The translations under genes and the position numbers were made by a program. Of a stretch of 64,000 nt of DNA, positions 22,173-31,718 are shown piece after piece (the first letter of the stretch is position 1; every line of letters begins with the position of its first letter). The stretch is from a bacterium (lineage in GTDB: Bacteria; Patescibacteriota; Saccharimonadia; Saccharimonadales; AWTP1-31). The stretch spans positions 67,633-131,632 of the forward strand of contig JAUHZB010000002.1 in the NCBI GenBank assembly GCA_030426125.1, written 5' to 3'. The notes under the pieces are model-generated. The model was not told the DNA's origin and did not search any database. It saw nothing but the letters and a program-made list of their open reading frames with translations.

Positions 22173-22201
22173 TTGGCCTGTGTGTTAGCTCAAGGTATAC
22201 T
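22173..22201 (+). promoter_or_regulatory. promoter of the 107-aa plus-strand gene (leaderless candidate)
   Basis: TTGGCC (22173-22178), 17 nt, TATACT (22196-22201), then 7 nt to ATG 22209. No Shine-Dalgarno site. Divergent from the DAHP-synthase promoter. Confidence 0.5.
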
Positions 22202-22208
22202 TATATAG

Positions 22209-22532
22209 ATGAAACAGACTGTAGCTTTGGAAATACTATCACCTCAGCAGCTTATTCATGATTTGCCGGGCGGTATTCGTTCTGACCAGCAAATTCAGCA
22301 AATTGATGTCTGTGGAGCCAATTGTCCAGATAGACAGCCAGTCGTAAATGACTTATTAAGGTTATCTCAGGAGCTTGGCTTTGAAGTTCGAATCATATCT
22401 AGTGGTTGTCACGGAGCGATCGGCGGATGTGCAGTAAACGGGGCGCTGGAATGCGGTGCTTATGTGACCATACCAGTTTCGTCAGCAACTGGCGTAGTAG
22501 ATTCTGAAGTAATTGTTCGCTCTCGGTCTTAG
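22209..22532 (+). CDS. hypothetical Cys/Gly-rich small protein (107 aa)
   Basis: Only plus-strand gene within a roughly 38-kb minus-strand run (tRNA-Trp at 13.0 kb to clpP at 51.5 kb). It has its own promoter and a terminator hairpin. 5 Cys (CGANC, GCHGAIGGC, EC). No family recognised. Confidence 0.5.
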   Translation: MKQTVALEILSPQQLIHDLPGGIRSDQQIQQIDVCGANCPDRQPVVNDLLRLSQELGFEVRIISSGCHGAIGGCAVNGALECGAYVTIPVSSATGVVDSEVIVRSRS

Positions 22533-22542
22533 CTTTAGTAAG

Positions 22543-22570
22543 AAAAAACACCGGCTGTGGACCGGTGTTT
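22543..22570. terminator. bidirectional terminator between the 107-aa gene (+) and rpsI (-)
   Basis: ACACCGG-ctgtgga-CCGGTGT. The A6 run upstream gives a U6 tail on the minus strand; the plus-strand tail is TTTAT. Confidence 0.75.
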
Positions 22571-22595
22571 ATCTGTTCTGTGAATCCGTTCTGGA

Positions 22596-23006
22596 TTAAC
22601 GCTTTGTAAACTGACGTTGTTTACGAGCTCCCTTAAGACCGTATTTCTTACGTTCTTTTTCTCTTGGGTCACGTCCAAGTAGATCGGCTCTTCGAAGAGT
22701 TTGCTTATAATCTTCATTTACAAGAACAAGGGCTTTAGCAATAGCAAGACGTATAGCAATCGCTTGACCACTCATTCCGCCACCAGATACTACAACGCTA
22801 ACGTCGAACTTGTTGTTTTGTTCAAGCACGTTAAAAGGTTTTGTTAGTTCGTATAGAAGAGGTTTGCTGTTAGCAAAGTATTCTTCTGCCGGCTTAGAAT
22901 TAACAGTTATGTTTCCTTTACCAGTCATAAGTCTGGCTCGAGCAGTTACGCTTTTACGTCGACCTAGTGCATAGAAGTAGTTTTTTGGTTTTGCAGTAGT
23001 TGCCAT
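22596..23006 (-). CDS. rpsI: 30S ribosomal protein S9
   Basis: 136 aa. YFYALGRRKSVTARARL and C-terminal GLKGARKQRQFTKR. UAAUG-coupled to rplM. Confidence 0.95.
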   Translation of the reverse strand: MATTAKPKNYFYALGRRKSVTARARLMTGKGNITVNSKPAEEYFANSKPLLYELTKPFNVLEQNNKFDVSVVVSGGGMSGQAIAIRLAIAKALVLVNEDYKQTLRRADLLGRDPREKERKKYGLKGARKQRQFTKR

Positions 23007-23491
23007 TATTTAGTCTCCTTCTGTTGGTCGTTAATTGCTTGGGCATGCTTTAGCTTGTACTCAATTGGTGATTGAGCTTGGTGTTGGTGGTTGTCATCAG
23101 TGTAGATCTTTAGGCGTTTTAGTCTTTCAGCTCGGAGTTTATTAACTGGTAGCATTCCACGAACAGCCTTGTATAGGACCCTAGTAGAGTCTTTTTCCAT
23201 TTGATCTTTAAGGGTTGCAGACTTTAAACCACCTGGGTAGTTACTGTGCTTGTAGTAGACTTTGTCGCTTAGCTTTTTACCAGTGGCTACTAGTTTGTCG
23301 GTGTTGGTAATAACTACATAGTCACCACAGTCAATATGTTGGGTAAACATTGGCTTTCCCTTACCGGTTAGTAGCATTGCTACTTCAGTTGCCACACGAC
23401 CGATAGGAGCCTGTGAAGCGTCAACTACGTACCATTTTCTAACTACGTCGCTAGGCTTGGCACTAAATGTCTTTGCAGGTTTACTATTCAT
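23006..23491 (-). CDS. rplM: 50S ribosomal protein L13
   Basis: 161 aa. VVRKWYVVDASQAPIGRVATEVAMLLTGKGKP is the L13 signature. Confidence 0.95.
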   Translation of the reverse strand: MNSKPAKTFSAKPSDVVRKWYVVDASQAPIGRVATEVAMLLTGKGKPMFTQHIDCGDYVVITNTDKLVATGKKLSDKVYYKHSNYPGGLKSATLKDQMEKDSTRVLYKAVRGMLPVNKLRAERLKRLKIYTDDNHQHQAQSPIEYKLKHAQAINDQQKETK

Positions 23492-23958
23492 TATTTCTTC
23501 TCCTTGGCGACAGTTTTCTTGGCGGTGGTTTTGGTAGCCTTGGGCTTAGCAGTTGATACCTTTGGCTTTGATTGATCTTTGGATACTGGTGCTTCGCTGA
23601 GGTCATCGACAAAAGATACTTTAGCCATTAATGTGTTATCGCCACGACGGGCTTCTAGTTTAGTTATTCGTAGGTGTCCACTATCTCTTCCCTTTAGCTT
23701 AGGAGCAATTTCGTCTACTAGTTTATGGCTACTCTCGATAGTTTGTAGACCATTAATAACCTGCCTTCGATTATGCAGGTCACCTTTCTTAGCCTTAGTG
23801 ATTAGTTTTTCTACATAAGGAACTAGTTCTTTGGCTTTGGAGATAGTGGTCTTAATAGAGCCATCACGAACTAGAGATTCAGCTAGGCCTTTAATTAGGG
23901 CTGATCTCTGGGCAGTTTCTCTGCCGAATTTACGACCTTTGTATGCGTTACGATGCAT
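23491..23958 (-). CDS. rplQ: 50S ribosomal protein L17 (basic C-terminal tail)
   Basis: 155 aa. MHRNAYKGRKFGRETAQRSALIKGLA, L17 N-terminus. Follows rpoA. Confidence 0.93.
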   Translation of the reverse strand: MHRNAYKGRKFGRETAQRSALIKGLAESLVRDGSIKTTISKAKELVPYVEKLITKAKKGDLHNRRQVINGLQTIESSHKLVDEIAPKLKGRDSGHLRITKLEARRGDNTLMAKVSFVDDLSEAPVSKDQSKPKVSTAKPKATKTTAKKTVAKEKK

Positions 23959-24900
23959 TTATAGCTCCAACTCCGCCATCTTATCTTTAACTTCGTCTAA
24001 TGCTTTACTACCAAAGCCTTTTAGATCACGTAGCTCAGCATCGTTAAGATCGAATAGATCCTTTAGGGTGTGAATTTCGTTATTTACTAAGGCGTTTGTT
24101 GTACGAGCAGATAGATTTAAGTCTTCGATAGAAGTCATTAGCTCAGCGGGCTCATCGCTTTCACTGGCTGTGTCTTCAGGGCTGGCATTCTCTTCAGGCT
24201 TAATTACTTCAACTCTGGTTTGTCCAGCTAGAGCGGTGTATTGGTTAACTAAAATAGCTGCTGCTTCTTCAAAAGCATCACGTGGGGTAATTGAACCGTC
24301 AGTTTCGATAGTAATGTGTAGTTTATCTAGATCAGTCATTTGACCAACACGGGTGTTTTCAACCTTGTAGCGCACTCGGCTAACAGGTGTAAATACAGCG
24401 TCTAGGGCGATCATATCGCTTTGTTTCTTGTGAGCTGACTCATCCATTGTTCGATAGCCACGTCCTGTTTCAACAACCATGTCGATAACTAGTTTGGTTT
24501 TATCGTCATCAAGAGTAGCAATTTGATGCTTTGGGTTTACGATTTCAACATCAGCGTTAGTTTCGATGTCTTTAGCAGTAACTTTACCTTTGCCAGATTT
24601 AGTTAAGCGTAGGGTCTGTGGTTCACTGCTGTAAACTTTGAAACGAACACCTCGAAGAGCTAGCATAATATCTACAATATCTTCTTTAACGCCTTTAACA
24701 GTAGTGAACTCGTGAGTAGCACCTTCAATTTTGAACGAGGTTATAGCAGCTCCAGCAATGCTGGATAGAAGTACACGTCGCATAGAGTTACCAAGAGTCA
24801 TTCCATAGCCAGAGTGAAGTGGTTCAATGGTAAAAGTTGCTGAATTATCTTTATGATCGTCGATGTTTACGAGACCTGGGGTGTGAATCATTTTTGACAT
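23959..24900 (-). CDS. rpoA: DNA-directed RNA polymerase subunit alpha
   Basis: 313 aa. N-terminal dimerisation domain (FTIEPLHSGYGMTLGNSMRRVLLSS) and C-terminal HhH domain (LNLSARTTNALVNNEIHTLKDL). Confidence 0.95.
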   Translation of the reverse strand: MSKMIHTPGLVNIDDHKDNSATFTIEPLHSGYGMTLGNSMRRVLLSSIAGAAITSFKIEGATHEFTTVKGVKEDIVDIMLALRGVRFKVYSSEPQTLRLTKSGKGKVTAKDIETNADVEIVNPKHQIATLDDDKTKLVIDMVVETGRGYRTMDESAHKKQSDMIALDAVFTPVSRVRYKVENTRVGQMTDLDKLHITIETDGSITPRDAFEEAAAILVNQYTALAGQTRVEVIKPEENASPEDTASESDEPAELMTSIEDLNLSARTTNALVNNEIHTLKDLFDLNDAELRDLKGFGSKALDEVKDKMAELEL

Positions 24901-24914
24901 ATATTTATCGCCTC

Positions 24915-25535
24915 CTAGCGTGAATAATATTCTACTATTAATTGTTCGTTGATATCTTGTTCAGCATCATCGCGTGATGGTGTGCTTGCTACAGTAACTT
25001 TGAATTTCTTACGGTCTACTTTTAGCCAGCTCGGTACGGTATCTGAAGAAGCAGGGCTAAGATCGTCAATATTCTTGAAGTATTCATTTTTCTTAGCCTT
25101 GTCACGTAGGACTATTTCGTCACCGACTTTCAAGCGAATTGATGGAATATCTACTCGTTGACCATTTAGCTGAAAATGGCCGTGAGTGACAAGCTGACGG
25201 GCTGCACGACGACTAACTGCAAGACCACTGCGGTAGATTGCGTTATCTAGACGTCGTTCTAGAAGTTGAAGTAGAATTTCACCAGACTGACCAGTCTTAC
25301 GGTTGGCTTCAGCCATTAGACGGGCGAACTGTTTTTCTAGAAGCCCATAAAGCCGTTTAACTTTCTGTTTCTCGCGAAGTTGTAGGCTATACTGGCTAGG
25401 TTTGTTCCTTGGATTCATGCCACCGGCAGCACCTGGTTTATTAGTTCGCTTAACTAAAGCTTTGTGAGCTTTAGGATGAAGGGCGTAACCTTCACGACGA
25501 CTCATTTTTACAATAGATTGTGTATCTCTAGCCAT
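24915..25535 (-). CDS. rpsD: 30S ribosomal protein S4
   Basis: 206 aa. YSLQLREKQKVKRLYGLLEKQF and an S4 RNA-binding domain (RLDNAIYRSGLAVSRRAARQLVTHGHF). Confidence 0.95.
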   Translation of the reverse strand: MARDTQSIVKMSRREGYALHPKAHKALVKRTNKPGAAGGMNPRNKPSQYSLQLREKQKVKRLYGLLEKQFARLMAEANRKTGQSGEILLQLLERRLDNAIYRSGLAVSRRAARQLVTHGHFQLNGQRVDIPSIRLKVGDEIVLRDKAKKNEYFKNIDDLSPASSDTVPSWLKVDRKKFKVTVASTPSRDDAEQDINEQLIVEYYSR

Positions 25536-25537
25536 GA

Positions 25538-26035
25538 TTAGACCCTTCTCGCTTTCCTTGGACGAACGCCACCATGGGCAACACCAGTTACGTCTTTTAT
25601 TGATTCTACGGTAATACCAAGACCGTTAATGGTTCGGATTGCCGACTCTCGTCCTAGACCGATTCCTTTTACGTAAACATCTGCTTTAGCAAAACCAAAT
25701 TGCTGTTGGGCTATCTGGCCAGCTTTTTCAGCTGCTACTTGAGCTGCGTAAGCGGTACCTTTCTTTGATCCTCTAAAGCCGCAGGCTCCTGAGCTGGATG
25801 CTGAAAGAGCTCCACCACTTGGGTCAGTGAAAGTAACTATAGTGTTGTTGAACGATGCGTAAATGTGCACTTGGCCGTAAGGAACGGCTCGCTTAACTTT
25901 CTTGCGCCGGGTTACCTTCTTAACTTCAGGAGTATCTTGTCCGTCAGTTTTCGGGGTATCGACACTAGAGTCAGCTGGTTTAGTAGCTTTTTCGGTAGTT
26001 GTTTGGGTTGAATTATTTGATTTATCTTCAGTCAT
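25538..26035 (-). CDS. rpsK: 30S ribosomal protein S11 with ~35-aa N-terminal extension
   Basis: 165 aa. GQVHIYASFNNTIVTFTD...GVAHGGVRPRKARRV. Confidence 0.95.
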   Translation of the reverse strand: MTEDKSNNSTQTTTEKATKPADSSVDTPKTDGQDTPEVKKVTRRKKVKRAVPYGQVHIYASFNNTIVTFTDPSGGALSASSSGACGFRGSKKGTAYAAQVAAEKAGQIAQQQFGFAKADVYVKGIGLGRESAIRTINGLGITVESIKDVTGVAHGGVRPRKARRV

Positions 26036-26057
26036 AATATTCCTTTTAGGCCATTCT

Positions 26058-26444
26058 TTAGGTCTTAGCCGCTACTTTCTTGGCGGTACCACCGACAGTA
26101 ACTTTCTTACCTCGCCTGGTTCGGGCGTTGGTTTTAGTTCGTTGGCCCCGTGACGGAAGATTATGCTTGTGACGTAAGCCGCGGTAAGCATTGATATCTT
26201 TTAGCCGTTTGATGTTGCTGGTTACGATTCTTTGCAGTTCACCTTCAACGGTTAAAGTGTCATTGATGACATCTTGAATCTTAGATATTTCTGCGTCAGT
26301 TAGGTTTTTGACACGAACAGTTTCATCAATTTTAGCGCTAGCTAGGATGTCTTTGCTAGTTTTAGGGCCAATACCGTAGACATAAGTAAGGGCCACATGG
26401 ATTTGTTTTTCTGAAGGTATAGTTACACCGGATATTCTAGCCAT
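26058..26444 (-). CDS. rpsM: 30S ribosomal protein S13
   Basis: 128 aa. MARISGVTIPSEKQIHVALTYVYGIG. Confidence 0.95.
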   Translation of the reverse strand: MARISGVTIPSEKQIHVALTYVYGIGPKTSKDILASAKIDETVRVKNLTDAEISKIQDVINDTLTVEGELQRIVTSNIKRLKDINAYRGLRHKHNLPSRGQRTKTNARTRRGKKVTVGGTAKKVAAKT

Positions 26445-26446
26445 GC

Positions 26447-26563
26447 TTAACCCTGCCTTTGCTTGTGCTTAGGTTTAAATTTGTTAATAACGTAGACCTT
26501 ACCTTTACGGCGGACTATCTTGTCGTCTGGACTGATTTTTTTGACGCTAGCACGTACTTTCAT
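26447..26563 (-). CDS. rpmJ: 50S ribosomal protein L36
   Basis: Too short for the ORF track. Minus-strand ATG 26561-26563 to TAA 26447-26449 gives [38 protein letters not shown]. Canonical infA-rpmJ-rpsM position. Confidence 0.9.
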   Translation of the reverse strand: MKVRASVKKISPDDKIVRRKGKVYVINKFKPKHKQRQG

Positions 26564-26631
26564 ACGGATCATGTTCCTTTCTGGAATTCACAACACACTG
26601 CTTAAATTAATAATATATAACTTTGTAAAAG

Positions 26632-26853
26632 TTATGATTTGCGATAGGTGATTCTTCCCTTCGTAAGATCGTAAGGGGTCAACTCGACCGTCACGCTGTC
26701 ACCGGGCACGATGCGGATATAATGTTTCCTCATCTTTCCAGCAACATGAGCTATAATTTTATGACCGTTTTCAAGTTCGACACGAAACTGAGTCCCAGGT
26801 AGAGTCTCTACTATTGTCCCAGTTAGTTCGATTACTTCCTTGTTTACTGCCAT
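26632..26853 (-). CDS. infA: translation initiation factor IF-1
   Basis: 73 aa. S1-like fold, [42 protein letters not shown]. Confidence 0.95.
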   Translation of the reverse strand: MAVNKEVIELTGTIVETLPGTQFRVELENGHKIIAHVAGKMRKHYIRIVPGDSVTVELTPYDLTKGRITYRKS

Positions 26854-26871
26854 AAATATAACTAAGAGCCA

Positions 26872-26900
26872 ATTATAACAGATAGACTTCGCAAATGTAA
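26872..26900 (-). promoter_or_regulatory. promoter of infA-rpmJ-rpsM...
   Basis: Minus strand TTACAT (26895-26900), 17 nt, (TGt)TATAAT (26872-26877), 18 nt before the infA ATG. No Shine-Dalgarno site in the short 5' UTR. Confidence 0.6.
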
Positions 26901-26920
26901 AGAGTTTTTCTGTTTTTTCT

Positions 26921-28441
26921 TTACTTTTTTGACTTGGTACTGTCTTTTGGTGGTTTTTTGAGGCGATTAGGTATGAATCTTAATCGTCTCGCGCCAGTGG
27001 CGGCTTGGGCCGGTTCACTGGAATCATAGAAAAAATCTTCTTCGGTATACTGATCGTAGGTCGCCATTAGGGCCCGTGACTCTATTTGACGTAGTGTCTC
27101 CAGAGCAACAGATACTAAGATCAGGATACTGGTTCCACCAAGTGAAATATTGGTGGTTAAGAACTTTTGACCAAGTATCGGCATTAGGGCTAAGAGACCC
27201 AATGCGAGAGCCCCAAATAATGTTAGACGGTTAACTACCTTGCTTAGATACTTTTCGGTTTGTTTACCAACCCGGACGCCTTCAATGAAGCCACCTTGCT
27301 TTTGGAGGTTTTCAGCGATATCTTTGGAGTTAAATGCAATCGATGTATAGAAGAAAGTAAAGGCAAAGACTAGTAGAAAGTATACTGCTGGATAAACATA
27401 TGGCTCCCAGCCTGGTTGTTGGAAGGTCTCAGCTGTTGGGTTCTGGAAAAGTTGAACTAAGTTCTGCCCAATCTCTTGGACTCTAGGGTTGCTTGAGGCG
27501 GTCATAAGCTGTCCAGCAAAGCTAGGAACGCTTAAGAAAGCTACCGCGAAGATGATCGGGATTACACCAGCGGTAATCAGCTTAACGGGCAGTTTGGTAG
27601 TAACACCTCCATAGCTACGATTTCCTTGAACGCGCTTAGCATAGTTTACTGTTAAGTTACGTGAAGCTTCATTCAGCTTCACAACCAACACTGTAACCAG
27701 GGTTACTACGGCCACTATAATCGAGGTATATATTAGACCTTGAGTATCAATCGGTAGTTGTCTGCCGAGGACGTTTATCTTCTCATTATCGTTAATTATG
27801 CTACTAAGCAGGCTTCCAATGGTCCCAGGTAAACTACTTACAATTCCAACGGTAATGATTAAAGAGATACCGTTTCCAACGTTACGCTCTGTAATTAATT
27901 CACCAAGCCACATTAGAATCATCGAGCCGCCAGTTAGGGCGCAGATCATTAGTACCCATTGCATCAATGAAGTATTGGCGGTAATGTCACCAAGACCACC
28001 GATGCTAGAAGCTGACTGCCTTACCAGGTAGATAGCACCGATTGACTGCATGATGGCTAACGGTAGTGTTAAGAGCCTGGTGTACTGATTGATCTTCTTC
28101 CGACCGAACTCACCTTCTTTGTTTAGGGCTTCTAGTTTTGGAATAGCCTTGGTTAGAAGTTGCATTATGATCGAAGCATTAATGTAGGGGCCCAGTCCAA
28201 CTAGCATAATTGAGAAGTTAGCAAGTGCACCACCAGATAAAACATTAATAAAACTAAATAGTTCTGGGGTTTCACTGGAGGCGAAAACGTTATCTAGGAT
28301 TTGTTTTAGGGTAGCAGGATCAGCTAGAGGTACTGGAATGTGGGCAAAAATACGGAATACAAACAACATGCCTAGCACCGCTAACAAGCGATTGCGCATG
28401 TCTGAACTTTTCAGTGATGACCAAATTACTTTCCAACTCAT
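26921..28441 (-). CDS. secY: preprotein translocase subunit SecY with basic C-terminal tail
   Basis: 506 aa multi-pass membrane protein. [15 protein letters not shown]. Follows rplO. infA follows directly, with no adk or map. Confidence 0.93.
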   Translation of the reverse strand: MSWKVIWSSLKSSDMRNRLLAVLGMLFVFRIFAHIPVPLADPATLKQILDNVFASSETPELFSFINVLSGGALANFSIMLVGLGPYINASIIMQLLTKAIPKLEALNKEGEFGRKKINQYTRLLTLPLAIMQSIGAIYLVRQSASSIGGLGDITANTSLMQWVLMICALTGGSMILMWLGELITERNVGNGISLIITVGIVSSLPGTIGSLLSSIINDNEKINVLGRQLPIDTQGLIYTSIIVAVVTLVTVLVVKLNEASRNLTVNYAKRVQGNRSYGGVTTKLPVKLITAGVIPIIFAVAFLSVPSFAGQLMTASSNPRVQEIGQNLVQLFQNPTAETFQQPGWEPYVYPAVYFLLVFAFTFFYTSIAFNSKDIAENLQKQGGFIEGVRVGKQTEKYLSKVVNRLTLFGALALGLLALMPILGQKFLTTNISLGGTSILILVSVALETLRQIESRALMATYDQYTEEDFFYDSSEPAQAATGARRLRFIPNRLKKPPKDSTKSKK

Positions 28442-28449
28442 TTTAGACT

Positions 28450-28455
28450 ATTCTA
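28450..28455 (-). promoter_or_regulatory. -10 box 8 nt upstream of the secY ATG (internal promoter, leaderless candidate)
   Basis: Minus strand TAGAAT, then agtctaaa, then ATG. 109-nt Shine-Dalgarno-less gap after rplO. Confidence 0.35.
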
Positions 28456-28550
28456 CATTAAATTTATGTTTGTAACTAGTTAGAAAATACATCAGTTTAC
28501 TAGTAACAACTTAAAGTTAACTACCCTCGCATAGATTACTTGTTAGATAA

Positions 28551-29015
28551 TTATTTTTTATCTGTTTTTTTCGGCTGACCGATTCTAGGTACAATTTCTA
28601 GACTTCCACCAGCTTTTTTTACAGCTTCAATAGCGCTTGCTGATGCACCTTGCAAACTTACAGTATGTTTTTTCTTAACTTCGCCATTACTAATTAGTTT
28701 TACGCTAACGTAAGGGCTACTAATTAATCCAGCTTGGTGTAATGTATGGTTATCTACCTTGATAGCTAGTTGATCAAGATCACCAGTTTTGACGGTTTCT
28801 GGTTTAGTTCTATGTGATTTAAAGCCCCGTAGTTTTGGGAAGCGCTGCATTAGTGGGTTTTGACCACCTTCAAAACCTGGTCGTAAGCTGAAACCAGTTC
28901 GAGCTTTTTGACCCTTGGTACCACGACCAGCAGTTTTACCTTGACCGGCTGAAATACCACGACCAACTCGGTTCTTGGATTTCTTAGATGTGATGTTTAA
29001 TTTGTTGTAACTCAT
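28551..29015 (-). CDS. rplO: 50S ribosomal protein L15
   Basis: 154 aa. GRGISAGQGKTAGRGTKGQKAR. Its start overlaps the rpsE stop (UAAUG), leaving no space for rpmD. Confidence 0.95.
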   Translation of the reverse strand: MSYNKLNITSKKSKNRVGRGISAGQGKTAGRGTKGQKARTGFSLRPGFEGGQNPLMQRFPKLRGFKSHRTKPETVKTGDLDQLAIKVDNHTLHQAGLISSPYVSVKLISNGEVKKKHTVSLQGASASAIEAVKKAGGSLEIVPRIGQPKKTDKK

Positions 29016-29587
29016 TATTTAGCCTCTTTTTTGGCTTTAGACTTTGTTGATTTAGCAGTAGCTGTTTCTGACTTCTTAGTTACCGGCTTGCTTGTCACCC
29101 AGTCTTTGGCTGGCACCATGCTGCTAAGTCCTTCGATGACTGCGTAAGCAGTGTTAGTCTTGTTGCTAGAACCTAGTGATTTACTAAGAGCGTTATGCAC
29201 ACCAGCAACTTCAAGGATTGTTCGGACTACACCACCAGCGATTAGACCAGTACCAGGGCTAGCTGGCTTAAGTAGAATGTTAGCACCCCCAACTTTGGTT
29301 AATGAATCGTGTGGCAGAGTGCCTTTGTATAGAGTTACGTTGATCATGTTTTTCTTAGCAACATCAACAGCCTTGGATACAGCGGTAGATACGTCAGCTC
29401 CTTTAGCTGAGCCAACACCTACACGGTTCTTTTTGTCGCCAACGACTACTAGTGCTCGGAATCTAAATCTTCGACCACCTTTAACTACTCGAGCAACACG
29501 ATCGATAGTTAGAACTCGTTCGTCGAATTGTTTTTCTTCTTGATCAATTTTACGGTTCATAGCTTTAGTATTTTGTGAATCTACCAT
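29015..29587 (-). CDS. rpsE: 30S ribosomal protein S5 (basic C-terminal tail)
   Basis: 190 aa. RVARVVKGGRRFRFRALVVVGD. Confidence 0.95.
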   Translation of the reverse strand: MVDSQNTKAMNRKIDQEEKQFDERVLTIDRVARVVKGGRRFRFRALVVVGDKKNRVGVGSAKGADVSTAVSKAVDVAKKNMINVTLYKGTLPHDSLTKVGGANILLKPASPGTGLIAGGVVRTILEVAGVHNALSKSLGSSNKTNTAYAVIEGLSSMVPAKDWVTSKPVTKKSETATAKSTKSKAKKEAK

Positions 29588-29941
29588 TTAGAACTCCAAT
29601 CCATTCTTACGAGCTGCTTCGGCCAAAGCTTTGATACGACCATGGTATTGTCGGCCATTGCGATCAAATACTACAGAACTTATCTTGGCTTTTTTAGCTT
29701 TCTTAGCAATTTCTTCACCAGCTAACGTAGCTAACTCAGTCATAGTAGCTTTTTGTTTGCTACCTACAGTAGTAGTTGCTGCCAGTGTGCGCTTAGCCTC
29801 ATCATCGATTAGCTGAACAGATACATGTCGGTTGCTAATGTATACAGACATGCGTGGACGATCAGCGGTACCAGAAATAGTAGACCGCACTCGGGCTTTA
29901 CGATGCTTTAGATTTAACTGTTTTTTCTTCAATCTATCCAT
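29588..29941 (-). CDS. rplR: 50S ribosomal protein L18
   Basis: 117 aa. RPRMSVYISNRHVSVQLIDD...FDRNGRQYHGRIKALAEAARKNGLEF. Confidence 0.95.
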   Translation of the reverse strand: MDRLKKKQLNLKHRKARVRSTISGTADRPRMSVYISNRHVSVQLIDDEAKRTLAATTTVGSKQKATMTELATLAGEEIAKKAKKAKISSVVFDRNGRQYHGRIKALAEAARKNGLEF

Positions 29942-30480
29942 TATTTTTCCTTACCTGACTTACCAGATTTACGTAGGATTCTTTCACCGACGTACATAAT
30001 TCCCTTACCTTTATAAGGCTCTGGTTTTTTAATTGCCCTAATTTCGGCTGCAACTTGACCAACCTGTTGACGGTTAATTCCTGATACAGTGATTACTGTA
30101 CCCTGAATATCTACTTTAATTCCCTGAGGAACTGGGTAGTTAATAGCATGTGAATAACCAACGTTTAGCTTGAGGTCTGTTCCAGCTTGAGCTACTCGGT
30201 AACCAACACCTTTAATCTCTAATTGTTTAGAAAAGCCTTCAGATACTCCGACGACCATGTTGTTGATTAGAGCTCGCATTAGTCCATGCTTAGCACGCAC
30301 TTTCGGCATGTCATTTGCTCTAGTTACCGTCACGACGTTGTCTTCTTGAGATACTTTAATATCTTCTAGCTGTGGTTCAGATAGTGTACCTTTAGAGCCA
30401 GCCACTGTAATTAGATCATCAGTGATTGATACGGTTACTCCGGAAGGTATGGTTATTGGTGATTTTCCTACACGACTCAT
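29941..30480 (-). CDS. rplF: 50S ribosomal protein L6
   Basis: 179 aa. MSRVGKSPITIPSGVTV...GVGYRV... Confidence 0.95.
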   Translation of the reverse strand: MSRVGKSPITIPSGVTVSITDDLITVAGSKGTLSEPQLEDIKVSQEDNVVTVTRANDMPKVRAKHGLMRALINNMVVGVSEGFSKQLEIKGVGYRVAQAGTDLKLNVGYSHAINYPVPQGIKVDIQGTVITVSGINRQQVGQVAAEIRAIKKPEPYKGKGIMYVGERILRKSGKSGKEK

Positions 30481-30481
30481 C

Positions 30482-30883
30482 TTAAAATACCTTACATATT
30501 AATTCACCACCAACACCAGCCTTTTTAGCATCACTGCCGCTCATCATACCTTTTGAGGTAGAGATAATAACTAGACCGCGTCCACTTTTTACGGTTGGGA
30601 TATCTTTAGCAGCTACATAGTAGCGTCTACCGGGGGTGCTTAGGCGGCTGATCTGATTGATCTTGGCATTGCTATCTTCGTGATTGATTGTTAGGTGGAT
30701 AGTTTTACCAATACTGGCATCAGCAATAGTAACTTTGTCTAGGAAGTTGTTTTTAACAAGCAACTTGGCCACTGATTCTTTTACTTTGCTGTGGGGTAGT
30801 ACTACATCAGTCTTCCGTACGGCAATAGCATTACGGATTCTGGTTAGCATATCTGAAATTGGATCGGTTGATGTCATTGTCAT
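30482..30883 (-). CDS. rpsH: 30S ribosomal protein S8
   Basis: 133 aa. DPISDMLTRIRNA...GGELICKVF. Confidence 0.95.
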   Translation of the reverse strand: MTMTSTDPISDMLTRIRNAIAVRKTDVVLPHSKVKESVAKLLVKNNFLDKVTIADASIGKTIHLTINHEDSNAKINQISRLSTPGRRYYVAAKDIPTVKSGRGLVIISTSKGMMSGSDAKKAGVGGELICKVF

Positions 30884-31152
30884 TACCAGCTCGCTTTCGT
30901 TACGCCAGGGATTTCACCCTTTGAGGCGTGTTCTCTAAATGCTATACGGGAAAGACCAAAAGTCCGCATGTAGGCGTGTGGTCGACCGGTTTCCACGCAA
31001 CGGTTTTTTAATCTAGTCGGTGAAGAATTCTTTGGCAGTAAGTGTAGACCTTCAAAGTCGCCTAGCTTTTTAAGCTCGGCTCGCTTGGCAGCATACTTGG
31101 CGTGCATTTTTGCTCGTTTTTTATCTCGGGCGATATTCGATTTTCTAGCCAT
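30883..31152 (-). CDS. rpsN: 30S ribosomal protein S14 (long, non-zinc form)
   Basis: 89 aa. [43 protein letters not shown]. Confidence 0.93.
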   Translation of the reverse strand: MARKSNIARDKKRAKMHAKYAAKRAELKKLGDFEGLHLLPKNSSPTRLKNRCVETGRPHAYMRTFGLSRIAFREHASKGEIPGVTKASW

Positions 31153-31718
31153 TACTTATTCTCCTTCTTTTTCTCAAACGGCATTCCTAGTTTTTCTAGT
31201 AGTGCTTTAGATTGCTCCGGGTTATTCGCTTTAATAACGAACACAGCTTGCAATCCGTGGGCGGTGGTTGTTTCTTCGTAAGATAATTCTGGGAAGACAG
31301 ATTGATCAGTGAAGCCAATACTATAGTTACCAGACTTGTCGAAAGCACTGTTCTTTACACCATGGAAGTCACGCAAACGAGGTATGACGATGTTTATTAA
31401 GCGATCAGCAAATTCATACATTCGGTTACCTCTAAGAGTAACTTTTAGTCCAATCTTATTACCTTCACGTAGCTTAAAACCAGCAATAGAGTTTTTAGCT
31501 AAGGTATCGACTGGTTGTTGAGCAGTGATCTTGCGTAGCGTGTTGTTAGCGACTTCTAGCATTTTCTTATCGTCTTTAGATCGACCTAGTCCAATGTTGA
31601 CGACGATCTTGTCTAGTTTTGGAACTTGGTTGATATTATCTAGCTTAAGTTCTTCCTTCAATTCTTTTCTATAGGTCTTTTGGTAGAGATCTTTTAGACG
31701 TGCAGTATATTCAGCCAT
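31152..31718 (-). CDS. rplE: 50S ribosomal protein L5
   Basis: 188 aa. [14 protein letters not shown]...[13 protein letters not shown] pattern. Confidence 0.95.
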   Translation of the reverse strand: MAEYTARLKDLYQKTYRKELKEELKLDNINQVPKLDKIVVNIGLGRSKDDKKMLEVANNTLRKITAQQPVDTLAKNSIAGFKLREGNKIGLKVTLRGNRMYEFADRLINIVIPRLRDFHGVKNSAFDKSGNYSIGFTDQSVFPELSYEETTTAHGLQAVFVIKANNPEQSKALLEKLGMPFEKKKENK

